From a bacterium (lineage in GTDB: Bacteria; Krumholzibacteriota; Krumholzibacteriia; G020349025), in the NCBI GenBank assembly GCA_031362565.1, contig JANLSU010000128.1, positions 1-33,684 of the forward strand: a stretch of 33,684 bases of DNA, in the 5' to 3' direction. A program made the translations under genes and the position numbers. The notes under the pieces were generated by a model. The model ran no database searches and was not told the origin of the DNA. It saw only the letters and a program-made list of their open reading frames with translations. This document shows positions 1 through 8,259 of this stretch, piece by piece (the stretch's first letter is position 1; every line of letters begins with the position of its first letter).

Positions 1-118
1 CAGCGCCGCCGGCTGGACAGAAACCGCGGAGGTAAGACAGACTCAAACCGCTACGCCGACGGGGACCAGGGGGGGAATGCTTCTGAAAACGTGGGGGGAA
101 AGGTCCTGAAAAGCGACA
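1..118. mobile_element. Terminal end of a second IS21-family-like element inserted into istA (remainder outside window)
   Basis: Ends ...GCGACA at 118 (TGTCGC on minus). Two 20-bp direct repeats 23 bp apart: GGGGGGAATGCTTCTGAAAA (70-89) and GGGGGGAAAGGTCCTGAAAA (93-112), 17/20 identical. IstA similarity stops at this point. Confidence 0.7.
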
Positions 119-1473
119 CGTTCGAGGTGCAGAATTCCGAGACACGATCGATAGCCTTGTTCCGGGTGCGGGCGATCGGCCATCAAGGCTTCCATCATGC
201 GCGCTGTCTGAGGACCCATCGTTGCGCCCCAGATGATGAGGCGCGACGGGCTCCATTCGCCGTGCTTCCGGTGTGCGCTCGGCATGTGCTCGCGTACCGT
301 CGTGTGTTTCCCACGCACAAAGCTTCGAGTATGAGAAGCGACTCGCTGGCCCCTGAAATAGACCTCGACGATCTGCGCCGACACCCGCAATTCGACCTCT
401 TCGTGAATGAGAGCTTGCGGAACCGAGTAGTAGTGAAATTCGTACACGACGTGATAATCGATGTTCACCTTGGCCTTGGCCCAATCGCCGTACGTGAAAC
501 GCTCGTAGGGAAGCGCCCGAAGTGCCGGCCGATCCATTTGCTCGAAAAGCTGCCGGCGGCTGACCCCGTACACACGCATCATGCGATCGTTGAGCTGCGT
601 AAGCAGCTCCGCGATTCGCGCATTCAACGCCGCAAGCGAAAAGAAGGCCTCGTTGCGAAGCCGCGCCAGGATCCAGCGCTCAACCACCTGCACTGCGACT
701 TCCACCTTCGGCTTGTCCTTGGGCTTCCGCGGCCGCGCCGGCAAAATCACCGTGCCGTAGTGCGTCGCAAGCTCCTCGTACGTCCGCTGCACCTGCGGCT
801 CATACCGGCACGCGATCGCGACGCCCGACTTCAGCTGATCGCACACCACCGCCGCCGTCACGCCCTTGAAGTATTCGAAGGCATGCATGTGACTCGAAAT
901 CCAGTCCACACCGCGCTGGCTCGCAGTTGCTTCCGCGTACGTGTAGTTCGACGCTCCCAGCACCGCCACGAAAAGCTCCACGTCGACGATCTCGCCCGTC
1001 GCGCGATTGATGTAGTGCGGCGTCTTCCCCGCGTAGTCCACGAAACACTTGTCGCCGGCGTGATGCACCTGACGCATCGACCGCCGCTGGCGCCCGCGCC
1101 ACTGGCGGTAATGCTCGCAGTACTGCGAGTACCGATAGCCATCCGAGTGCTTCTCGAGGTATTCCAAGTGCAGGAGCTGTAGCGTCACACCGGCGCGGTG
1201 AAGCTCGCGATGGATCTCCACGAAATCCGGCATCGTGCGCGTCGCGTTCGGCGTGATCCCGCCGTACAAACGCAGATCCAACGTCGCGTCATCGAGCGCC
1301 TGCACCGCAGTCCACTCGACGATTCCCGCCACCTGCGCCCGCGACACCGTCTCCGAGACTGTGCCCACGCTCACGCGCACACTGCGCGACACTTGCCGGT
1401 GACTCTGACCCAATTCCCACTTTTGTCGTAAAATCTCTCGTGTCTTGCGCATCGCTGTTCGAACCGCGGCCAT
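43..1473 (-). pseudogene. istA: IS21 transposase IstA, C-terminally truncated
   Basis: ATG at 1473 (MAAVRTAMRKTREILRQKW), N-terminal HTH, DDE-type segments VDYAG / CDQLKSGV / KDKPKVE, and HPEQGYRSCLGIL. After ~120 the frame reads into foreign IS-end sequence to a stop at 43. Confidence 0.88.
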
Positions 1474-1747
1474 CTGAAGATCCTTCCGGGGCGGGCGGCT
1501 CGCCGACGCAGCACCAAACTGCGGCGGGCCGCTTGGCCCCGGTCGGACCCTGCACCATCGCCCCCAAACCCCGCCGCCCCCCGACGGCCAAGTGTTCACC
1601 TTGACCGGAATCGGTGTTCACCTTCCCGGAATGGCTGTTCACCATCACCGGAACAGGTGTTCAGATTCCCGGAATCAGCGTTCAGGTTGCCGGAACGGGC
1701 GTTCAGGTTGGATCGGAACAGGTGTTCAGCTTGGGCCGGTACACGCA
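119..1747 (-). mobile_element. IS21-family insertion sequence (left end plus truncated istA; istB not in window)
   Basis: Left end begins TGCGTGTACCGG at 1747 on minus, followed by multiple terminal repeats and then istA. Confidence 0.9.
1592..1747. repeat. Seven tandem 21-23 bp IS21 terminal repeats (transposase binding sites)
   Basis: Units start at 1592, 1614, 1635, 1657, 1678, 1699 and 1722. Consensus G(T/C)GTTCA-N5-7-CCGGAA, with no spacers between units. Confidence 0.88.
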
Positions 1748-1890
1748 ACAACCTCATGGCGGCGCTGCAACAGACTGGCGGGAAGATCTTCGGCCCCGAC
1801 GGTGCGGCGGAACTGCTCGGGATGAAACCCACCACGCTCGCGTCGCGCATCGCAGCACTGGGGCTCGAACGCAAACCGGCGGTGGCGTAG
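1748..1890 (+). pseudogene. 3' remnant (Fis-type HTH) of a sigma54-dependent enhancer-binding protein, FhlA/HyfR-like, interrupted by IS21
   Basis: Reads NLMAALQQTGGKIFGPDGAAELLGMKPTTLASRIAALGL...stop, starting right at the IS end. Confidence 0.8.
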
Positions 1891-1912
1891 AAATAGACGC
1901 CGTTGGATCGCT

Positions 1913-2017
1913 TCAGTGGCGCACTGCAGGCTCGTCGAGCGCGCCTGCCAGCCAGCGAACGACGTTCAGCGTGAAGTTGCGATTGTCGTTGCCCGGCGAG
2001 TTCACGCCGACGGGGCT
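1913..2017 (-). pseudogene. C-terminal gene fragment (DUF4350/glutamine-amidotransferase-like tail)
   Basis: Minus frame reads SPVGVNSPGNDNRNFTLNVVRWLAGALDEPAVRH-stop. 'NDNxxFxLNxxxWL' is a typical C-terminus of that family. No upstream body is recognisable. Confidence 0.45.
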
Positions 2018-2225
2018 CCGGTCCAAAAGCGCACGAATTTTGGTTGCGCCACCCGAGACTGTCGATCACCATATTGTCTCCTATGATCAACCTGTCAACA
2101 GTGAGGAGACGCCCTCGCGTGAATTCGGCAGTACTGCGGGCGTAGTCGGTACGACTGGCGCGAGAAGTACCGGCAAGAGAAGCTGGAGGGGCTGCAGTCG
2201 AAGCGGCGCACGCCTTCCTTTGCAC

Positions 2226-3356
2226 TCAATCGGTGACATGTTCCGGCTCGCCCAGCCGGTAGCTCGTGCTCCGACCGCCGCCGGGATTCTGCACCAGAAT
2301 GCCGCGCTCCAACAGTTCGCGGATATCGCGCAGGGCGGTGTCCGTCGAGCACTTGGCCAGCTGCGCGTATTTCGAGGTTGAGAGGACCCCTTTGTAGCCG
2401 TTCAGCATCCGGTTGATGACCGCTCGCTGCCGGTCATTGACCGGCCGACGGTTGATGCGCTGCCACAGCCGGGCCTTGTTCAGGACGGCACTGAGCAGCT
2501 GATCGGCGCCGCCGATGGCCCGGTCCAGGCAGCCGAGGAACCAGTCCAACCAACTCGTGATGTTCACGTCCCCGCGCTGGGCAGACTCCAGTTTCAGGTA
2601 ATAGTTGTTCCGCTCCGCCTCAATCTGCGACGACATGCTGTAGAAGCGATCCTTCGTGCCGTCGGCGCGAGCGAGCGCCATGTCGGCGATCGCACGGGCG
2701 ATGCGCCCGTTGCCGTCCTCGAACGGGTGGATCGTGACGAACCAGAAATGCGCGATTCCCGCCTTGAGCACCGGGTCATTTGCCGGCGGCGCATTGAACC
2801 ATTTGATGAACCGGGCCATTTCCGCTTCGAGGCGGTCCGCTTCCGGCGCCTCGAAATGCACCTTCTCCCGTCCCATTGGACCGGAGACCACGCGCATCGC
2901 GCCTGCTTCCTTCTTCCGCCACGCCCCGACCGTGATTCGACTCATCCCGCTGCGGCCAGTCGGAAAGAGCGATGCGTGCCAGTCGAAGAGGCGCTTCTTC
3001 GTGAGCGGCTTTTCGAAGTGCCGCGTGCCGTCGAGCATCATTTCCACGACGCCCTCGACATCCCGGCCTGCCTTCGGCAGACCGGCCACGTCGAGTCCAA
3101 GCCGCCGCGCAATCGAGGACCGCACCTCGTCCGGGTTCAGCTTTTCGCCTTCGATGGCAGAGGACTTCACCACGTCAGTGGTCAACACGGCGAGGCTCGC
3201 TTCGACCCGCAAGTCGAATCCCAGCGCCTCCATCCTCCCGAGCAATCGACCCTGTTTGTGCCGCACGGCAGCCAAAAGCCCGGCGAGCGATTCGCCGTCC
3301 CAGGTGAACTCCGGCCAGCCGGCCTGTTCGTGGATGTACGCAATTCTTCGCCGCAT
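2226..3356 (-). CDS. Fic family protein (DUF4172 N-terminus, Fic domain, C-terminal winged HTH)
   Basis: Fic motif HPFEDGNGRIAR, N-terminal YIHEQAGWPEFTW, C-terminal KCSTDTALRDIRELL...GGRSTSY. Confidence 0.93.
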   Translation of the reverse strand: MRRRIAYIHEQAGWPEFTWDGESLAGLLAAVRHKQGRLLGRMEALGFDLRVEASLAVLTTDVVKSSAIEGEKLNPDEVRSSIARRLGLDVAGLPKAGRDVEGVVEMMLDGTRHFEKPLTKKRLFDWHASLFPTGRSGMSRITVGAWRKKEAGAMRVVSGPMGREKVHFEAPEADRLEAEMARFIKWFNAPPANDPVLKAGIAHFWFVTIHPFEDGNGRIARAIADMALARADGTKDRFYSMSSQIEAERNNYYLKLESAQRGDVNITSWLDWFLGCLDRAIGGADQLLSAVLNKARLWQRINRRPVNDRQRAVINRMLNGYKGVLSTSKYAQLAKCSTDTALRDIRELLERGILVQNPGGGRSTSYRLGEPEHVTD

Positions 3357-3423
3357 ATGTTGCGGCGATTGTACCGCCCATTCACCGCAAGGGTCAAGTC
3401 ATTTACCGCACAATATGCGGCGA
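3348..3423 (-). promoter_or_regulatory. fic sigma70 promoter with two palindromic operators
   Basis: -35 TTGACC (3397-3392), 18-bp spacer, -10 TACAAT (3373-3368). Palindromes TCGCCGCA-N5-TGCGGCGA (3348-3368) and TTACCGCA-N5-TGCGGCGA (3403-3423), plus half-site TCACCGCA (3382-3389). Confidence 0.7.
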
Positions 3424-3497
3424 ATATCAGGGTGATTTCCAGGCAACGCAGATCGGCGGCAAACGCCGTGGCGCGGCCTGCCGAATCTGTCCCGCCC

Positions 3498-3506
3498 TGC
3501 TAGAAT
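3498..3506 (+). promoter_or_regulatory. Extended -10 (TGcTAGAAT), probable leaderless promoter
   Basis: Lies 5 nt upstream of the GTG start at 3512, with no Shine-Dalgarno. Confidence 0.55.
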
Positions 3507-3511
3507 CCGGC

Positions 3512-3976
3512 GTGCGCAAACACATCCTCCTCTACGGAATCCTCGGCGGACTGCTGATCGCCGTGCTCAAGGGCATCGAGTACCGGTGGCTCGTGGTCGA
3601 GCATTCCGTGGAGATCTACGGCGCGCTCGTGGCCGCGCTCTTCGCCAGCCTGGGCATCTGGCTCGGCCTCAAGCTCACGCGCCACACCGAGACGGTCGTT
3701 GTCCGGGAGGTCCTGGTTCCGGCGCCCGCGCCGGAACCCACATCGGCGCCGTTCACCCCGGACGAGGCCAAGCGTGAATCGCTGGGCATCACGCCGCGCG
3801 AACTGGAGATGCTGGAGCTTATCGCCGCCGGGCTGAGCAACAAGGAAATCGCCGCACGGGTGCATGTGAGCGAGAACACCGTGAAGACCCACTTGAGCCG
3901 GGTGTTCGACAAACTCGGGGCCCGGCGGCGAACCCAGGCCGTGCAGTTGGGCAAGGAGTTGCGGCTCATCCCCTGA
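3512..3976 (+). CDS. Membrane-anchored LuxR-family HTH regulator (two TM helices, no receiver domain)
   Basis: Two hydrophobic N-terminal segments, then ITPRELEMLELIAAGLSNKEIAARVHVSENTVKTHLSRVFDKLG (LuxR HTH). Confidence 0.9.
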   Translation: MRKHILLYGILGGLLIAVLKGIEYRWLVVEHSVEIYGALVAALFASLGIWLGLKLTRHTETVVVREVLVPAPAPEPTSAPFTPDEAKRESLGITPRELEMLELIAAGLSNKEIAARVHVSENTVKTHLSRVFDKLGARRRTQAVQLGKELRLIP

Positions 3977-4025
3977 GTCTTGGCCGCCCCTTTTGCCTTT
4001 CGGGCCGCACCAAGGCCCCCCAGCC

Positions 4026-4109
4026 GTCACCCAAAGTGATGATTTTTGGTGATTGCGGCGAAAATCATCCGTTCGGGTGACGCGCGCGCTGCGGGACGGT
4101 CGCTAGAAT
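4026..4109 (+). promoter_or_regulatory. Paired LuxR/NarL-type operators and -10 box of the DUF4199-VOC operon
   Basis: TCACCCAAAGTGATGA (4027-4042) and TCATCCGTTCGGGTGA (4065-4080). 4026-4046 and 4061-4081 are inverted repeats matching at 18/21. -10 TAGAAT at 4104-4109. Confidence 0.6.
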
Positions 4110-4141
4110 CCGCCGTCCTCAACCTTTGGAGCACGACTCAA

Positions 4142-4687
4142 ATGAAGCGAATCGTCCTGACATTCGGCCTGATTGCCGGCGCCATCCTGGCCGTCATGAT
4201 GGTGATCACCAGTAGATTCATGGACCAGATCGGGTTCGACCGCGGCGAGGTCATCGGTTACACGACGATGGTCCTCGCCTTCCTCATGACGTTCTTCGGT
4301 GTCAGGTCGTACCGCGACACCGTGGGCGGCGGGGCGATCAGCTTCGGGCGCGCCCTCAAGGTGGGACTGCTGATCACCGTGGTCGCCTCGGCGTGCTACG
4401 TCGCCACCTGGGAAGTGATCTATTACAAAGTCGCCCCGGATTTTGGCGACAAATACGCCGCGTACGCCGTGGAGAAGGTAAAGAAATCGGGCGCGCCGCA
4501 GGCCGAGATCGACGCGCAGACAAAGAAGATGACGCAATTCAAGGAGATGTACAGGAATCCGTTCATGAACATCGCGATCACTTTTCTCGAACCGCTGCCC
4601 GTTGGGCTGCTGGTGACCTTGATTTCTGCCGGCGTCCTGAGGCGAAAGGCCCTCGGAGAAACCAGCAGCAGCCACTCGATCGCTTGA
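4142..4687 (+). CDS. DUF4199-like integral membrane protein
   Basis: ATG at 4142 after GGAG. Four TM segments and motifs GYTTMVLAF, GVRSYRD...GGAISFGRALKVGLLI. Confidence 0.8.
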   Translation: MKRIVLTFGLIAGAILAVMMVITSRFMDQIGFDRGEVIGYTTMVLAFLMTFFGVRSYRDTVGGGAISFGRALKVGLLITVVASACYVATWEVIYYKVAPDFGDKYAAYAVEKVKKSGAPQAEIDAQTKKMTQFKEMYRNPFMNIAITFLEPLPVGLLVTLISAGVLRRKALGETSSSHSIA

Positions 4688-4710
4688 CCCAGCACCCTGG
4701 AGGAGGACCC

Positions 4711-5103
4711 ATGCGCAAGAAACTCATCGTACTTTCCGCCCTGCTCTTCGCATCGACGGCCTTTGGCGAAGGAGCCGCAGTTCCGTCGGCACCCATCGTG
4801 TTCTTCGATATCGCCGGTCCCGATGCCGCAAAGCTCAAGGACTTCTACGCCGGCAATTTCGGCTGGGAGATCGCCAAGTCGAACATGATCAAGACGCCCA
4901 ACCTCGAAGGCACCCTGCGCCAGGACCCGCCGGAAAAGATCATCTACATCGGCGTCACGGACCTCGACGCAGCGATGGCCAAGGTGAAGGCCACCGGCGG
5001 GACCCTCGAGACCCCGAAGCTGCCAACGCCTACCGGCGAACAGTTCGTTCTGTTCCGAGACCCGGCCGGAAACCGCATTGGAATAGTGGGGCTAAAGAAG
5101 TAG
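4711..5103 (+). CDS. VOC/glyoxalase-bleomycin-resistance family protein with signal peptide
   Basis: RBS GGAGGAGG. Signal peptide MRKKLIVLSALLFASTAFG. Motifs IVFFDIAG...DFYAGNFGW, YIGVTDLD and FRDPAGNRIGI. Confidence 0.85.
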   Translation: MRKKLIVLSALLFASTAFGEGAAVPSAPIVFFDIAGPDAAKLKDFYAGNFGWEIAKSNMIKTPNLEGTLRQDPPEKIIYIGVTDLDAAMAKVKATGGTLETPKLPTPTGEQFVLFRDPAGNRIGIVGLKK

Positions 5104-5159
5104 CCCGCGCGCGCATCATTTGGGAAGGTTGGGAGCGCGCGCAGAGGGACCGGTAAGCG

Positions 5160-5459
5160 ATGAGAATGGGCGGCGCGGGACGTGCGATTCTTCGGGTTTC
5201 GCTGATCGCTTGGCGTGCCGTCGCTGCATTGACGACCGGATGCAGTAGCGACGCGACCGCGCCGCCCCGTGGTCTTCATACGACTGCTTCGGGCTTCAAT
5301 ACATCGATTTCGTCCTGGGAACGGGCCCCACCGCCGATGTGGGGCAGACCGCCGCGTTGGACTACACGTTTCGTCGCCTCGATGGGACGAAGCTCGACTC
5401 GAACCTAGACCACGGCCTGGCGTTCCAGTTTGTGATTGGCAGCGGCCGCGTCATCCCGG
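5160..5459 (+). pseudogene. FKBP-type peptidyl-prolyl isomerase lipoprotein, frameshifted and truncated
   Basis: Lipobox ALTTGC, then HTTASG / frameshift at ~5292-5294 / LQYIDFVLGTGPTADVGQTAALDYT...DGTKLDSN...FQFVIGSGRVIP. The expected GWDEG...YG half is absent. Confidence 0.75.
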
Positions 5460-5953
5460 AGTTACTCGCGCTTTCGCCGCTCCCCGAGGGAACGTATTCC
5501 GCGGCCACGAGGTACCAGTGAACGTTTTTAGGGATCCCATCTGGCAGTTCGCTGGCACGCTCGATTTCTCTGGGTTGCTGGTGCGGCCAGTGGCTGAGCA
5601 GCGACAGGTTAATGCTGAGGCAACTAGCTCACGGGCTCGTGGAACCGAACCGGGCGGCGCTTCCACGGGGGTGGCGACGCCCGGCACTGGAACCGAGGCG
5701 CAGCCGAGATCAATCATGCCGATTGCTCAAGCACCGAAACAAAGTCATCGCCCATATGGTCAGAACACGACGTACCCAACACTCCTCGACACGGACAACT
5801 CCTCCGCCGTCTGGCAGGTATCATGGTCGAAAGACCGTACGGGGTCATATACGAATACGTACGCAGCAGGCATGTCTGCGACTGAGGGGCTGGCATTTCG
5901 TCTTCCGTTCGCCCGGAGCCCTTCGGACGTATAGGAGGGACACGGACAGAGAA

Positions 5954-5975
5954 GCGCCGGAGGCCGCTCCGGCGC
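5954..5975 (-). terminator. Possible intrinsic terminator for the minus-strand genes
   Basis: 9-bp stem GCGCCGGAG/CTCCGGCGC with a 4-nt loop, followed on minus by TTCTCTGT (weak U tract), ~100 bp past the stop at 6078. Confidence 0.45.
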
Positions 5976-6077
5976 CGGCAAGCCCCTCTCGCCCGTCCCG
6001 GGAGGTCGTTTTATGCGTCGTGCGAACGCGGTCCGTAAAGATGATCGTCACGAAGTGAGCGGTACCTGCGGCGACGT

Positions 6078-7151
6078 TCAGCGGTGCCCGCCTGGCACCT
6101 CGACCTCGATGCGTGCCAGGTGCACGCTGCGGGTCGAGTCAGCATAGGCAAGGAATGGGTCGGAGTGAGCAAATGCGGCGACTTGCGCCACGAGCTGCGG
6201 TACCGGATACGGGCCGCTGCCGCTCGTCGAGTGCACTTGAATGCTCGGCTTCGAGGCGCCGGCACTCGGGGCATTCGGCGGGTATGAGCTGACCACCCAT
6301 TGGGCGTCGTTCGACACCGTTGCCCAGAACGCTGCTTGCGACGATGCGCCTCCGGCGCCGCCGAGCAAGACTCGATTGCAGCCGGCGGAGTCGACGCTAC
6401 AGGTCACGCTGTGCTTTGCTTCGGTAAGGGTCACCACCCACCGCGCCTGCTTCGAACCCGCGTCGAGGTAGCGGCACCAAGGCTGCACGCTTTGCAGTGC
6501 GAAGAGTGAATCGACGAGTTGTTCGCGCGCGGCGATGGCCGCCGTGGCGGGAGTGAACAACGTTGGCCGCAAGCGCCGCATTTTGCTGCCACCAGTGACC
6601 ATCACCAGCTCCGGGAGCGGCCGCGCCGGCAGCCGCGGCTTGCCATCCAACCAAACGCGCGGTGGCGGGACGCGCAGGCGGGCGCCGGTTTGTGCGTGCC
6701 AGAGATAGACGTACCCGTCGTCGGCCCAGACGTACATGCCGATCGGTGCGTTGGGGATGCGGTACTCGGCGGATCCGCCATCCGCCGGGACAAACTGCAA
6801 GCGCACGGCGCCGCCCTTCGTCCCATTCATGACGCGCACGCGACAGCAGAGCCAGGTGCCGTCCGGCGACCAGTGCACTTCATCCACCAGCGCATCGAGC
6901 ACCCGCTTTGCCGCAGCCTTGGGCTGCGCGGCGGTCCAGATCGCGAGCCCCGCGTGATCGACGACGGCGAGCCGCGCCCGGTTCGGAGCCCAGGGATCGC
7001 CTTGCGGGAGCCGGAAACCCGGCAACTCGGCAACGGGGGTCACGCGGACTCGCGGCGCTGCCTTCGGCGGGGACCCACCCGACAAAGCGAGCGCCAGGCA
7101 AAACAGTACCGTCACTCCGGCCAGGCGCGATGTCGCATTGGGTCGATCCAT
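6078..7151 (-). CDS. Exported TolB-like beta-propeller hypothetical protein
   Basis: Signal peptide and WD40/PD40-like motifs PWAPN, HWSPDGTWL, VWADDG. Paralogous to 11982-13031. Confidence 0.7.
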   Translation of the reverse strand: MDRPNATSRLAGVTVLFCLALALSGGSPPKAAPRVRVTPVAELPGFRLPQGDPWAPNRARLAVVDHAGLAIWTAAQPKAAAKRVLDALVDEVHWSPDGTWLCCRVRVMNGTKGGAVRLQFVPADGGSAEYRIPNAPIGMYVWADDGYVYLWHAQTGARLRVPPPRVWLDGKPRLPARPLPELVMVTGGSKMRRLRPTLFTPATAAIAAREQLVDSLFALQSVQPWCRYLDAGSKQARWVVTLTEAKHSVTCSVDSAGCNRVLLGGAGGASSQAAFWATVSNDAQWVVSSYPPNAPSAGASKPSIQVHSTSGSGPYPVPQLVAQVAAFAHSDPFLAYADSTRSVHLARIEVEVPGGHR

Positions 7152-7244
7152 CGACGTCCTTTCAAACGAACGGACGGCGAAGAATACCGCACTTCATCGT
7201 GGGGCGTGGGGTAGCGTCCGGTGGCCTGCGGGAGTGCGTGCCGC

Positions 7245-8240
7245 TCAGCTCCGCGCCGGCTCCGGCACGTCGACGCAACAGGCTGCGACGTGTTCGCCGC
7301 CGACGTGTCCGACGCAGCGAAGCGGCGGGCGCTCGGCGCGGCAGAGGTCGATCGCGAACTCGCAGCGCGGCGCGAACGGGCAGCCGGGTGCGAGGCGGGT
7401 GAGATCGGGCGGGCGCCCTGGAATCGGCGTCAAGCGCGCGTCGTCGCGATCGAGACGTGGGATCGACCGAAGGAGCCCGAGCGTGTAGGGATGCTTCGGC
7501 TCACGGAACAACTCGCGGGTGCGCGCTTGCTCGACGACCCGCCCGGCGTACATCACGATCACGTCATCGGTCGTTCCGGCTACGACCCCGAGATCATGCG
7601 TGATCAAGATGACCGCCATGCCGAGTTCGTCGCGCATGCTGCGGATGAGATCCAAAATCTGCGCCTGGATCGTGACGTCGAGCGCCGTCGTCGGTTCGTC
7701 GGCGATGAGCAGCTCCGGCTTGCAAAGCAGCGCCATCGCGATCATGACGCGCTGGCGCATGCCGCCGCTGAATTCGTGCGGGTAGCGGTCGATGCGCTCG
7801 GATGGATTCGGAATACCGACGCGCTCCAGCATTTCGATACTGCGCCGCCGTGCGTCGGCACGCGAGGCCCCTTCGTGCAGCTCGAGCACTTCGGTGAGCT
7901 GCCTCCCGATGCGGAGATACGGATTGAGCGACGTCATCGGATCCTGAAAGATCATCGAGATACGCTTACCGCGAATGCCGCGCATCGCGGCCTCGGGTAG
8001 TGCCAGCAAATCCTGGCCGTCGAAGAGGATCGAACCACCGGCGATACGTCCGGGTGGATTGGGCACGAGTCGCAGGATCGACAGGTTCGTCACACTCTTG
8101 CCGCTGCCGCTCTCACCCACGATGCCGACCGTGCGGCCGCGGTCGACGTCGAATGACACGCCGTCGACGGCGGTCACGACACCACCCTCGGTGCGGAACT
8201 CGGTCCGCAGATCGCGCACTTGCAGAATCGGCTGGCTCAT
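7245..8240 (-). CDS. oppD: Oligopeptide ABC transporter ATP-binding protein
   Basis: [39 protein letters not shown]-terminal HPYT...GCPFAPRC. Start MSQPILQV at 8240. Confidence 0.93.
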   Translation of the reverse strand: MSQPILQVRDLRTEFRTEGGVVTAVDGVSFDVDRGRTVGIVGESGSGKSVTNLSILRLVPNPPGRIAGGSILFDGQDLLALPEAAMRGIRGKRISMIFQDPMTSLNPYLRIGRQLTEVLELHEGASRADARRRSIEMLERVGIPNPSERIDRYPHEFSGGMRQRVMIAMALLCKPELLIADEPTTALDVTIQAQILDLIRSMRDELGMAVILITHDLGVVAGTTDDVIVMYAGRVVEQARTRELFREPKHPYTLGLLRSIPRLDRDDARLTPIPGRPPDLTRLAPGCPFAPRCEFAIDLCRAERPPLRCVGHVGGEHVAACCVDVPEPARS

Positions 8241-8259
8241 TTCATTCCTCGCCCGTCCA

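Noticed and set aside
1592..1747. Possible CRISPR array
   Set aside because: The units abut with no unique spacers, there are no cas genes, and the array ends at the TG terminus of an IS21.
5269..5934. 221-aa plus-strand ORF
   Set aside because: Its 5' half is an off-frame reading of the FKBP relic, and no family or RBS is recognisable.
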